A stretch of DNA of 64,000 bases from Treponema sp. (GTDB lineage Bacteria > Spirochaetota > Spirochaetia > Treponematales > Treponemataceae), in NCBI GenBank assembly GCA_014803985.1, contig JAAVAO010000024.1, positions 20,006-84,005 of the forward strand, given 5' to 3'. The position numbers and the translations under genes are program-made. This document shows, piece after piece, positions 20,704 to 30,198 of this stretch. Numbering within the stretch: position 1 is the first letter of the stretch; each line of letters starts with the position of its first letter. The notes beneath the pieces are model-generated. The model worked only from the letters and a program-made list of their open reading frames with translations. It was not told where the DNA came from and made no database searches.

Positions 20704-22169
20704 ATACTCTCCACTAAAATAGATTTTCCTGATTGTACAATCACATTATCAATTGTTTCGATAGAGCCGTTGTCATATTCAACTGTAACAGAATACACAC
20801 CTGGAGCAACGGTAAATCCCGTGCAATACGCCTTGCTCGGAATAGCCATACTTTGTCTTATATCCGCTTTTGGATCTATATCAGCAAGAGCAGACACAAA
20901 TCCCTTTATAGCGGCCACTAAAAAAATATCCATTATCGGATTGCCAGATAGTTGTTTAGCAGTTGCCATATATATGGCAGTTTGCGTTATAAATAACGGA
21001 GTCTTTGCCAAAAGGTCAATGGCAAGATTTCGCTTTATCGTTTTACGTGCAGTCATATTCACATCTTGTAGAACAGCAAGGTCAAAGTCTTCTAGCAAAA
21101 CAGGAGTTTTTGAAGTGCCGTCGTTCAAAGAGACCCTTTTTGCAACAGGACTTGCAGGGTATTGCCTCACATATTTTGGATAGTGAATAGTATATCCCAT
21201 TTGCCCATCGGTGGCAGTCAAAAGTCTTGTAATTACAAAAGCCTCCACATTTTGTGTCGCCGCATACACTTCAGCAATTGCACGAACAAGGCTTTCAGCA
21301 TCAATAAAAATCGCGGCATCCTGCCTTTGATTTATGCTTCCAGAAAGCGCAAGAACTTCAATCCGTCCGTTTGATGAATTTGAAATATCAACAAAATCTG
21401 TTTCCACATCTGCGGCAAGTTGCTTTAGGATTTTTTCAACATTTTCATCTCTCTCACTCTCGTTAATGGCGGTGATAAGCATACGAATATATGCCGCAAA
21501 TGCAGAACCTTTATAAATATCGTTTTCCGATGGGGCTTTTGGCAAATGTATATTTTGAAACTGTGCAATAAATTGTAATGCCGTTGCTCCAGGAATTCCA
21601 ATTGCTGCAAGCGACTGAACAAAGGAATCGCTTGTATCTTCTGAAATCAACGCATCTTCTGGCTCTGAAATTTCCTGACGAATTTCACTAACATTGTATG
21701 CATTCAACTTATTATACGCACGTGTCGTTCTTGACATTGCAGAATCAAGATCGCCATTTTTGTAGTATGTTAAAGCGTCAAATGTATCGGCAATCAAACT
21801 TTCATAGAATGTCGGAATATAGAAAGAAGAAGCGCTTCCCACTTTACTTTCTATTTCATTTTGACTGATTAAAGCGTCATCAATGCGCTGCAATGTCATC
21901 TTAAACGTTTCGTTCGCAGCATCATATTCGCCAAGATAGTACTCTAACAACGCCTTGTCAATTTGCTGTGCAATTGTAATCTTTTTGGGATTGACACTGT
22001 TCAACATTGCATACGCCACCGCATAATCATTTTCCATCACCGCTTGACGATACGCACTATCGTTATACTTTATATTCTTTCCTACAGAATTAGTTGAAAC
22101 ACATGAAGTAAAAAATCCACATGCTATCGCAATAACAAAAAGAATTTCAATAATTCTAGTATCTTTCAT
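20694..22169 (-). CDS. COG3014-like TPR lipoprotein
   Basis: FTSC lipobox, helical repeats, ADIRQSM.IP C-terminal motif; lies between LpoB-like and LPP20 genes. Confidence 0.65.
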   Translation of the reverse strand: MKDTRIIEILFVIAIACGFFTSCVSTNSVGKNIKYNDSAYRQAVMENDYAVAYAMLNSVNPKKITIAQQIDKALLEYYLGEYDAANETFKMTLQRIDDALISQNEIESKVGSASSFYIPTFYESLIADTFDALTYYKNGDLDSAMSRTTRAYNKLNAYNVSEIRQEISEPEDALISEDTSDSFVQSLAAIGIPGATALQFIAQFQNIHLPKAPSENDIYKGSAFAAYIRMLITAINESERDENVEKILKQLAADVETDFVDISNSSNGRIEVLALSGSINQRQDAAIFIDAESLVRAIAEVYAATQNVEAFVITRLLTATDGQMGYTIHYPKYVRQYPASPVAKRVSLNDGTSKTPVLLEDFDLAVLQDVNMTARKTIKRNLAIDLLAKTPLFITQTAIYMATAKQLSGNPIMDIFLVAAIKGFVSALADIDPKADIRQSMAIPSKAYCTGFTVAPGVYSVTVEYDNGSIETIDNVIVQSGKSILVESICK

Positions 22170-22181
22170 TTTTTGCTCAAT

Positions 22182-22781
22182 TTATCGCTTTTTTTTAGAC
22201 TTTATATATTTTCGCACCGTTGCCTGTTCCTGCCAAACAAGTCGATTTGTCTCTATATTTGTCAAAGTCAACGTAACGTCATAGGTTTTAAAACTTTCTT
22301 TTCCCGCAGTTTCAACAATTGCTTTCACAGACCCCTGCATTATAAAGTCAGCCCCTTCCTCATTGTCAATCGCTTTTGCAGTTTCCATAGATGCATGCTC
22401 TGCCTGATCAAATTTTTCCTCACGAATTTCAGTACGTTCATTTGACGAAGCAACAAATTCAAGAACTCCGCTATTCAAAATTGCCGTTTGAAGTCGTTTT
22501 GCGACAATCGATGTATCAAGAAGCTCATCGCTTTCGTTTTTTATTCGACCGATAATAACAACTGGCGCACGTCCATTTTCACTTTCAAATCGAGCAATTC
22601 TTGGAGACGAAATGCATTTTTCTATCAATTCATTGCAAACAATCTGCACATCGTTATCATTCCACTTTCCACTCAAATCCTTAGATTCTTCTGCACCAAC
22701 ACGCTTAACTTTCACCTCTTTTGCAAAAAGCATGCTTGTCAGTGAAAGCAGGGAAACCAAAACAATCAGCCCTTTTTTCAT
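22182..22781 (-). CDS. LpoB/CsgG-like penicillin-binding protein activator family protein
   Basis: DLSGKWNDND, PVVIIGRIKNES.E..DT, GADFIMQG, L.NIET..LVW. Confidence 0.85.
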   Translation of the reverse strand: MKKGLIVLVSLLSLTSMLFAKEVKVKRVGAEESKDLSGKWNDNDVQIVCNELIEKCISSPRIARFESENGRAPVVIIGRIKNESDELLDTSIVAKRLQTAILNSGVLEFVASSNERTEIREEKFDQAEHASMETAKAIDNEEGADFIMQGSVKAIVETAGKESFKTYDVTLTLTNIETNRLVWQEQATVRKYIKSKKKR

Positions 22782-22980
22782 ATTTTCTCCCATGTCTATT
22801 TACAATGTAGCACACAAATGGTAAAAAAACAAGCACAGACAGCACAACGCATTTTTTCACGAGCGATGAAATTTTCCAAACAAATTTGGCGAACAGTATA
22901 GTGCGGTAATCTGTATCCGTATGGGTCGTTCATACACAGAAATGCAAGTGCGTAGCTTTAAAATGATATGCGGATTTTGA

Positions 22981-23889
22981 CTACTCAAACTGCATTAAAA
23001 ATACCGCGCACTTCTGTACATTCTTTTTTATTGCTACATCGAATGGTGTTTCATTTTTATTGTTTTTGATGTGCGGATTTGCGCCGAGTTCAATCAGTCT
23101 CTTTACGCTTTCAAGGCGGAAATCGTTGTCAAATTCCCAACTGTAAAAATCATTGCTAATCATGTAATGGAGGGATGTGTTTCCTTCGGAATCCTGATGA
23201 TTAAGGTCGTTTATGCCGAGCTCGATGATTCTGTTCATAAACCACTCCATATTGCATCGTATAGAAAGTTGCAGCATATTCATATTAGAGACATTTTGGT
23301 ATGTCACAATTTTGTCAAGTTTTTCTCCGAGTGAAATATAATAATCAAAAACTTCTCTTTCATTGTTCAAAATCATACGCCATTGTAAACTTTTTGCTTC
23401 TGTTAGAGAAAAGCCCCGTCGGACAAGCTCTTTGAGCCACGAGACATTCATCTTAACGAATGTGGGTGAAAAGTCATTGTAAAAATATTCGATGCAGGTT
23501 AGTCCGAAATTACTTTTGTAGTGTATGTCTGCACCATTGTTTAAAAGATATAAGAACATTCTGTCATAAACGTCTTTTTTCAGTTCATTGCGATAATTCC
23601 ATTCTATGTCTGTTCTGGAATTAATTTCAGGACGGATAGAGCATAAGTAGCAGAGTGGGGTTATTTCATCTCGTCGTTCAGAAAGAGTGCGGTCTCTGCT
23701 GAAATGCATTGTCATATCCACTTTATGCGTAGTATTTATACCGACTTGCTTTTTTTCAATGTAATACGTAAAAAGTTCGTAATTTGCGTCTTTTATCGCA
23801 TTAAAAAGGACACGCATATCTTCTTCGGACTGAGAGAATGCGAAGACTGCCGTAAAGAAAACAAAGGTTATGCATATAAAATGTTTCAT
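22981..23889 (-). CDS. Exported ankyrin-repeat protein
   Basis: Signal peptide (AFS-Q); LLNNGAD, DSEGNTSLHY, LIELGANPHIKNNKNETPFDVA. Confidence 0.85.
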   Translation of the reverse strand: MKHFICITFVFFTAVFAFSQSEEDMRVLFNAIKDANYELFTYYIEKKQVGINTTHKVDMTMHFSRDRTLSERRDEITPLCYLCSIRPEINSRTDIEWNYRNELKKDVYDRMFLYLLNNGADIHYKSNFGLTCIEYFYNDFSPTFVKMNVSWLKELVRRGFSLTEAKSLQWRMILNNEREVFDYYISLGEKLDKIVTYQNVSNMNMLQLSIRCNMEWFMNRIIELGINDLNHQDSEGNTSLHYMISNDFYSWEFDNDFRLESVKRLIELGANPHIKNNKNETPFDVAIKKNVQKCAVFLMQFE

Positions 23890-23893
23890 AAAT

Positions 23894-24793
23894 CTATTTC
23901 CAGATGCTTTCATTAAGCTGAAGTTGATGGATTAGGCTGTCTATTTTGGCAAAAACGTGCAGGCATTCTATAATACGCTCTTTGGACAACAAATCCTCGT
24001 CAAACACGTTTTCCATTGATTTAAGGTAGAACCAAGAAAACGTACCTGTGCAGTATATGAACATCGTGTTATCTGAAAAATACAGTGTTGAAACGCAAGC
24101 TCCAAGCAGCCGTTCCATGAAATCTTGAGAGAGAATAAAATGTGCATCGGTACTATCCTGCGAAAACACGTGGTATTTTTTATTAAAGTCGGGATTGTCC
24201 ATTTGTATTTCTTTTAACTCCGTGTTTTCGGATTTGTTAAAGGATTTCAACTCTTTTTGTGAGATTTTTTCTTTTGAGACGACAGTTACCGATTGAAAAT
24301 CCCTGACAAACGGAACGCCGATTGTCAGTTTATTCGTGTTGCATTCTTCACAGATTGCTTCCAGCCCATTTTCAAAATAACAGCGATAAGCGTCTTCGTC
24401 CTTTTTCACGCCGATTTCTGTGTAGATTCTGTCGGCTGCATTTGCTTCAAAATCGCTCCTGATTTTTTCAAACGTATTTTTCTTTATGAAATCAGCCTTG
24501 AGAATTGTGCGGTATAAACATATTACTTTTTCAATGTAGCGTGCAATAATATTGAGATGCAGAAGTCCTATAGATATAAGGAGGACAAAGAATCCTACTG
24601 GAACGATAACAAACAGCGCCGCGGACAAAAGCAGTGCCACCGCCGTCCTGTAGATGTACAGGTTTCTCCGTGCCTTTTTTCTGTATGATTCAATGGGCGC
24701 GATAGTGTCTTGGTATATTTTATCCCAGCAATTGTCTATCACGCTTGAAATGCTTTTCCCGTTATAATTGTCGTTTTTCTGATTATAGTTCAT
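23894..24793 (-). CDS. DUF3137-like membrane protein
   Basis: Two N-terminal TMs; EIQMDNPDFNKKYHVFSQD...AHFILS..FMERL motif; ATGA overlap with lemA stop. Confidence 0.8.
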   Translation of the reverse strand: MNYNQKNDNYNGKSISSVIDNCWDKIYQDTIAPIESYRKKARRNLYIYRTAVALLLSAALFVIVPVGFFVLLISIGLLHLNIIARYIEKVICLYRTILKADFIKKNTFEKIRSDFEANAADRIYTEIGVKKDEDAYRCYFENGLEAICEECNTNKLTIGVPFVRDFQSVTVVSKEKISQKELKSFNKSENTELKEIQMDNPDFNKKYHVFSQDSTDAHFILSQDFMERLLGACVSTLYFSDNTMFIYCTGTFSWFYLKSMENVFDEDLLSKERIIECLHVFAKIDSLIHQLQLNESIWK

Positions 24794-25305
24794 AAGTCTA
24801 TCTTTATGTCTCCATTTTGTGCGCTTTCGTCCGCGGTAAAGAATTGCGAGACTTCTTTTTTCGGTTTGATTGGCGAATAGCCAAGCGAACCTGCGAAAAG
24901 GCATCCCGGAAAACTTTGAACCGCGGTGTTGTATTCGGCAATGCTTGTTCCAAGTGCCCTTCGCGATGCCGCAAGTTTTGCCTCTAAATTTGTTGTTGTT
25001 TTCTGAAGATTCATGAAATTCTCGTTTGAGCCGAGCTCCGGGTATGATTCTGCTAGGATAGTTATATCTTCCATTTTTACCCGTGCAGATGTTATCTTTT
25101 CAAGGATGCTTTCGTCCCTGACTTTTGCCTTGCTGCACATTTTCGTGATTTTTTCAAGGCAGTCCTTGCGTTCTTGTAATGTCGTTTCTATTGTGTTCTG
25201 TACTTGGTCGATAGAATTCTTGATGGCGATAAGATTGTTCCGCCCTTTGATAAAAAAGACAACCAACGATAGTGCCGCAATGCCGGCAATGGCAATGTAG
25301 AACAT
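24790..25305 (-). CDS. lemA: LemA family protein (divergent, short)
   Basis: N-terminal TM; AESYPEL.SNENF.NLQ..., YN..VQSFP..LFA. Confidence 0.85.
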   Translation of the reverse strand: MFYIAIAGIAALSLVVFFIKGRNNLIAIKNSIDQVQNTIETTLQERKDCLEKITKMCSKAKVRDESILEKITSARVKMEDITILAESYPELGSNENFMNLQKTTTNLEAKLAASRRALGTSIAEYNTAVQSFPGCLFAGSLGYSPIKPKKEVSQFFTADESAQNGDIKIDL

Positions 25306-25406
25306 AATTCACTCCTAAATAATAAAATTGATACTTTTTGGATGCTCGAAAAACACTTGTTGTCTTGTGTTCATTCGCTCGTACTGATGATGCCTTTCAT
25401 CACGGA

Positions 25407-25450
25407 AATCTACCGTCGAAAAAAAATTGCGCATTTTTTTGACGGTAGAT
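25407..25450 (-). terminator. Hairpin downstream of small Cys-rich gene
   Basis: ATCTACCGTC-GAAAAAAAA..TTTTTTT-GACGGTAGAT inverted repeat. Confidence 0.65.
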
Positions 25451-25455
25451 AAAAA

Positions 25456-25701
25456 TTACTCACAATTTTGTTTATACGTATCTCTGTCTACTTTGCCATA
25501 GATATTTTCACACATTTTTTCCTTTTGTTCTGCTGCCGCACAATTTGCACATTTTGAACTTGATTTGTTAGTTATACTTGCACCGCTTGTGGAACCTACA
25601 GCTTCCGTATGTCCACAAGTATATTCGATATACCTTGTTCCTGCCATCGCCATTCCTGCGCATGCAACCAGCGCAAACATTCCAACCAATACCTTCTTCA
25701 T
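25456..25701 (-). CDS. Small exported Cys-rich protein (CGH...CxxC)
   Basis: GGAG RBS, MKK signal peptide ending AMA, YTCGH-x19-CANC plus two further Cys. Confidence 0.75.
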   Translation of the reverse strand: MKKVLVGMFALVACAGMAMAGTRYIEYTCGHTEAVGSTSGASITNKSSSKCANCAAAEQKEKMCENIYGKVDRDTYKQNCE

Positions 25702-25825
25702 ACTGAACTCCTTCGGAAGCGTCTGCTTCCATTTCTTTTTTAGTCCGTTGAGCGAACCACTCTTTTATTTTCAAGGACACCACGCAACGCGCGGCTTTGT
25801 GTCCTATGTCCAATAATAAATACTG

Positions 25826-26455
25826 CTACAACGATACGGAAATCATCGCATATTCTGCTTGTGATGTACCGCTTGAAAAAGGCATGACAAAGAAATAGTA
25901 TGTCTTTCCTGCTGTCAGTCCGGTTTTTTTTACGTCTGGAATGCTTCCGTTTTCAGGGTATGCGGTAGCAAAATATTGTGCTGAATTGAAATTGGAAGTC
26001 GTTCCATAATATACACCGTAAGATGCTGCTCCTTTCACTGGTGTAATGATTAATGTTACGGTTGTACTGCCTGATTTTATTGCTTGAACAACCGGTTTTC
26101 CAATCCATGTTCTTGCAGATTTAGAGGAACTCCATTCGCTGGTATTGGAACGACCTACTGTCCGCACTTGAAAAGAATAATTTGTATATGGATACAGATC
26201 GGAAACCGTACACTCATTTGTATATGCAGGGCTACCTTCCGATGTCCAACTGTATCCATCATTGTACTGGATATTGTAACATGACGCACCTTCTACAGGA
26301 TTCCACCTCAATCTTACAGATGTAGATGACTTTGCTGATGCACTTAAACCCGTTGGTGCGGAAACTTGCTGAGAACCGCTGTCTCCGCCGTCAGAGCATC
26401 CGCCAAGAAATCCCATGGCAATTGCTGCCAAAAGAATTGTAAAAATCTTTTTCAT
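25826..26455 (-). CDS. Lipoprotein with two fibronectin type III domains
   Basis: LGGC lipobox; APTGLSA..S.TSVRLRW, DLYPYTNYSFQVR, GLTAGKTYYF. Confidence 0.88.
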   Translation of the reverse strand: MKKIFTILLAAIAMGFLGGCSDGGDSGSQQVSAPTGLSASAKSSTSVRLRWNPVEGASCYNIQYNDGYSWTSEGSPAYTNECTVSDLYPYTNYSFQVRTVGRSNTSEWSSSKSARTWIGKPVVQAIKSGSTTVTLIITPVKGAASYGVYYGTTSNFNSAQYFATAYPENGSIPDVKKTGLTAGKTYYFFVMPFSSGTSQAEYAMISVSL

Positions 26456-26532
26456 AATAAAACCTCCATAGTTTTGAGTCATCTCGGACTATTTTATTTG
26501 CAAAATCCATATTAGGATTCTGTGACATGTTT

Positions 26533-26940
26533 CTAAAATGCCTGCCCTGATCCATAGCAGCGGCGGCACTGTCCGTTGCCCATACAGTATGCACAGTTGC
26601 CGTCATACATTTCCCTGCCTAGATAATCATCAGGGCCTGCCACGCCGCTTCCGTTGCAGTATGAACAGCATCCTCTTCCTCCGCAGTCATGGCATTGTGC
26701 AATTTGGTTATACCGCTCTACGGATTGTTCTCCATACTGGTTGCGGATTTGTTCTCGTGTTTGTTCGCGTTGTTGTGCTGCCATATCAGAAAACATCTGA
26801 TCTAAAATTTCATCTACAGATGGAGGTTGTTGCCAGGCATCATCATGGATAAGCCCGTCTTCATCGAACCATATTTCCGCTGATACTATGCCGCAGACCG
26901 CAAATAAAAATAGCATTCCTATAACCACTGTTCTTTTCAT
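26533..26940 (-). CDS. Exported protein with 4 DnaJ-type CxxCxGxG repeats
   Basis: Signal peptide ending VSA-E; CHDCGGRG, CSYCNGSG, CAYCMGNG, CRRCYGSG; GAGG RBS. Confidence 0.85.
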   Translation of the reverse strand: MKRTVVIGMLFLFAVCGIVSAEIWFDEDGLIHDDAWQQPPSVDEILDQMFSDMAAQQREQTREQIRNQYGEQSVERYNQIAQCHDCGGRGCCSYCNGSGVAGPDDYLGREMYDGNCAYCMGNGQCRRCYGSGQAF

Positions 26941-26966
26941 AATAACCTCTCGATACTAAGATTTTT

Positions 26967-27503
26967 CTATTCTTCAAAATATCCCACGCCGTTGCAACTA
27001 CGACAGTCGGTTCGCCCTGATCCGCCGCATTTGTGGCATGCTTTTGTGCCGCTTCCTCCGCAGGAAATGCAAGTTTCCCGTTCGCCATTAATAATGTTGG
27101 TAAATGTCCAACCTCGTCCGATGCAAGCCGTGCAACCAGACTTTCCCATCCCATAGCCACTGTTTCTGCACTGGACGCATTCCACATTTCCCCGTCCATT
27201 GCAAGTCGCGCAGTTTTTTCGTTCCTTGCGGTGCGGTTCAGGCGATGGCATATTCCTCCATCCCTGTCCTGCACAACTTTCACAGACGAGCAGTTTCTGT
27301 CCAGCACATCCTTTGCAAACAGTGCGCTGTGTTTTACCATTCCGAAGTCTTATGGTGGTGATTCCCGTTCCGCTGCAACGTCCGCACACAGTCTTTCCCT
27401 GTCCATCACACCATGCACACAATTCGCGCCCTGGTGCAGCAGAAAGGGCAAAGCACAGGACGAATGCAATTGTGCAGGCAGCGAATGTTCTTTTTATGAT
27501 CAT
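26967..27503 (-). CDS. Exported protein with 10 DnaJ-type CxxCxGxG-like repeats
   Basis: Signal peptide ending ALSA; ten CxxC units (CAWCDGQG...CRSCNGVG); no J-domain. Confidence 0.85.
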   Translation of the reverse strand: MIIKRTFAACTIAFVLCFALSAAPGRELCAWCDGQGKTVCGRCSGTGITTIRLRNGKTQRTVCKGCAGQKLLVCESCAGQGWRNMPSPEPHRKERKNCATCNGRGNVECVQCRNSGYGMGKSGCTACIGRGWTFTNIINGERETCISCGGSGTKACHKCGGSGRTDCRSCNGVGYFEE

Positions 27504-27655
27504 ATTCATTTCACGGAGAGTATCCGTATCTCCTGATGGCATTGATTTTACACACAGTTATTTGCTATAAACAAATAAATTGTACTATAGATTTGCATTT
27601 TAATGTGCTTAAAGCGTATTGTCAATAGATTTTATATGCCGATAACATATTTTTT

Positions 27656-27961
27656 ATGAATTTACGGACTATCTTTATCACAAACCTCAAATGCTATCGC
27701 AAAGAACTAAAAATATCCCAAATGCGCCTTGCAGAACTCTGCGAAACCTCGACAAGCTATATCGGTGAAATTGAAATCGCAAAGAAATTTCCTTCGATTG
27801 AAATGATTGAAAAAATCGCCCGTGCCCTCGACATCCGCCCATTCCAACTATTCCAGGACGAATCAGACATCATTCTCAACAACGACCGCGAAAAAAAGCG
27901 TGCGATTGTGAAAAAAATTCAAAAATCCGTGGAAGAAATCATTTTAGGTGAAAATGATTGA
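27656..27961 (+). CDS. XRE family HTH transcriptional regulator
   Basis: NLK.YRKELKISQ.RLAE...S.SYIGEIE....PS.E.IEKIA.AL. Confidence 0.92.
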   Translation: MNLRTIFITNLKCYRKELKISQMRLAELCETSTSYIGEIEIAKKFPSIEMIEKIARALDIRPFQLFQDESDIILNNDREKKRAIVKKIQKSVEEIILGEND

Positions 27962-28260
27962 GACTAGGCAAGTGGCGCATTCTGCCCGATGATTCGAAGG
28001 AGAGAGATTTCAGCACGAGAAATTATTATATAATATGAAAGTTGCAAAGATTCTGTGGACAAAATAAGAAGTACAATCCTATAGAAAGGCAATCGAAAAG
28101 TGCGAAAATCTTGTACAAAACTTACTCAGGCGAGTTTTTTTTATATGAAAATTTTATTTGTTCTACTAATTTTCTTACGAATGCTATTTTTCATGCTAAA
28201 GCATTGATATTAAAATCATGTCTTATAAAAAGAAAAAAAATGAAAAACCATCATCTACCA

Positions 28261-30186
28261 TTACCCCTCAAGCAGCTTTTCGCACAGGTCATACACGCCG
28301 CTTACTCCTGAAACCAGTGCCGCCCCCATTCCCATTTCTAGCGGAATCGCCAAATCCATATCAAAGCGATCTCCTATGCTCAGTATATTTTGAAAAGGAA
28401 CATTCATCATTTGTGCGGCGAGAATAAAAACATCTTTGTTCGGCTTTGACTTTTTGCAAGTGTCAAGACCGATTATGTCTGGAATCAACTCTGCAATCCC
28501 CAGGGCGGAAAGCGTTTTTCTCGCAGGTAAAACGGGATTATTTGTAACGCATATTAACGAATATTTTTCACGCAAACGCGCTATCAATTGAATAAGTCTA
28601 TTATCAATGGAAAGAAACTGTTCAGGGAAAAGAAGATTCTCCCTCATCTTTATGCTTTCTTCTATCGTCACTCCAAAATGAACAAGCGTATTTCCAAGAC
28701 TTATTTTCTTCCCTCCGTTTTTGCGCGACCAATCCCTTCTCCACTCGCTTATTTTGTTTCGAGCATCTCGATCGCTTAATCCGCTTTTTTGAGCAAAATG
28801 CCGTATCTGCACATCCACCTGTTCAAATGCATAGGCAGAATTGGTGTAAAGCGTTGAGTCTATGTCAAAAATTATCGCAGAAAGATTTTCAGGCATTTTG
28901 TATATTTTCACATCTGTCGCTCGCTTTTTATTGTGCCTGTATGTGTGCACTCGTTTTACTAACGACTGCGCTCCTTCCTGTATACTCTTGAAATTTCCCA
29001 AAGAAACATTTGCAATCACTGCATTTCCCAAAAGTTCTCCGTCCGCACAGTCCAAAACTGCAATGTCAATTCCTGTGCGCAAAGCCTTTTCAGAAAGCCA
29101 CCGTTCATTTTTAGCCTGCCCGCCACACGATGTCATATAGTCGTCAAATGGCAAATCATTTTCCAAAGCAATTTTTTTGAGCAGATTTATTCCGTTTTTC
29201 ACATTGTCTGAAATCTCTGAAAGCAGTCGAAATCCTTCGCTATTTTTATCGTTGTATGAATAATCTATTATTTCATCGTAGGAATTCTTCTTTTTTTCAA
29301 TATCATTTATTTCGTTTTTAAATTCACGGATCAAACTTCCGCTTTTTGGAATCAAAACGCTCAAATTCCAAAGACCGGGAATAACGGATGGAAGCGTTCT
29401 CACCCCCTCTTCAAAAACGGCCTTTTCGCAACAAAGATTTATCCCTTCGCTCGAACCTGCTCGATCGCAAATTTTACCAGGAAAAAGCGTTGCCGTTCCT
29501 ATCAATGCAGAAATAAAGTCAGGTCCGCCACAAAAAACAGGAATTTTTCGTCCAAAAAAATCTGTTTCTCCTGCGCAAAATCCCAAAGGAACGAATGGCG
29601 GCATTTTTTCTTCATCAAGTCCATTTTCTTTCAGTGATGCCTCATCCCAATACGCCGCTCTAAACCGTTCCTCTGGCAAAACAGAAACAGCGACTCCCGT
29701 TAATGTAAAAACAAGAAATTCAGGACAGGCAAAAAGATACCGAGAAGCAGTATAGTCATCAGGAAAAAGAAATTGAAATGCTTTTAAGCGCGGAATAAAA
29801 AGAGACTGTGAAACAGGAATGGACTTGCACACCGAAGTTTTTTTTGAAACAGATGTATTGTCACCTTTTTCAAAATCAGTTTTAGTATCCGTTTGAACGG
29901 AATGAGACCACAAGAGCGTGCGTCCATTTTCAGAAACAACAGTCGGACCGTTCCCACTTATGCAAATCGCATCAGGATACGCATCACTTCCTTGCGATAA
30001 ACGAAATTCATCTAAACATGCTCGTGCGCACGTCCAAAATGCATTGACCCACTCCAGCGCGAGAAAAGATGTTGTTTTTCGGGGAAGAACGTTCACTGAA
30101 TACGCAAGAACTTTTCCCTCTCCGTCAATAATTGCAGCCTTTAGAGAAGTAGTCCCTATGTCAACAGAAAAAATCTTTGCATTCAA
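28261..30186 (-). CDS. FGGY-family carbohydrate kinase fused to HAD hydrolase
   Basis: DIGTTSLKA, GGPD, GSSE, CGGQA (FGGY); FDIDSTLY, VTNN, KP, IGDRFDMD (HAD). Confidence 0.88.
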   Translation of the reverse strand: MNAKIFSVDIGTTSLKAAIIDGEGKVLAYSVNVLPRKTTSFLALEWVNAFWTCARACLDEFRLSQGSDAYPDAICISGNGPTVVSENGRTLLWSHSVQTDTKTDFEKGDNTSVSKKTSVCKSIPVSQSLFIPRLKAFQFLFPDDYTASRYLFACPEFLVFTLTGVAVSVLPEERFRAAYWDEASLKENGLDEEKMPPFVPLGFCAGETDFFGRKIPVFCGGPDFISALIGTATLFPGKICDRAGSSEGINLCCEKAVFEEGVRTLPSVIPGLWNLSVLIPKSGSLIREFKNEINDIEKKKNSYDEIIDYSYNDKNSEGFRLLSEISDNVKNGINLLKKIALENDLPFDDYMTSCGGQAKNERWLSEKALRTGIDIAVLDCADGELLGNAVIANVSLGNFKSIQEGAQSLVKRVHTYRHNKKRATDVKIYKMPENLSAIIFDIDSTLYTNSAYAFEQVDVQIRHFAQKSGLSDRDARNKISEWRRDWSRKNGGKKISLGNTLVHFGVTIEESIKMRENLLFPEQFLSIDNRLIQLIARLREKYSLICVTNNPVLPARKTLSALGIAELIPDIIGLDTCKKSKPNKDVFILAAQMMNVPFQNILSIGDRFDMDLAIPLEMGMGAALVSGVSGVYDLCEKLLEG

Positions 30187-30198
30187 AATTCGCTTTTC

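Noticed and set aside
26533-27503. Multiheme cytochrome c interpretation of the Cys-rich proteins
   Set aside because: Motifs are CxxCxGxG, never CxxCH.
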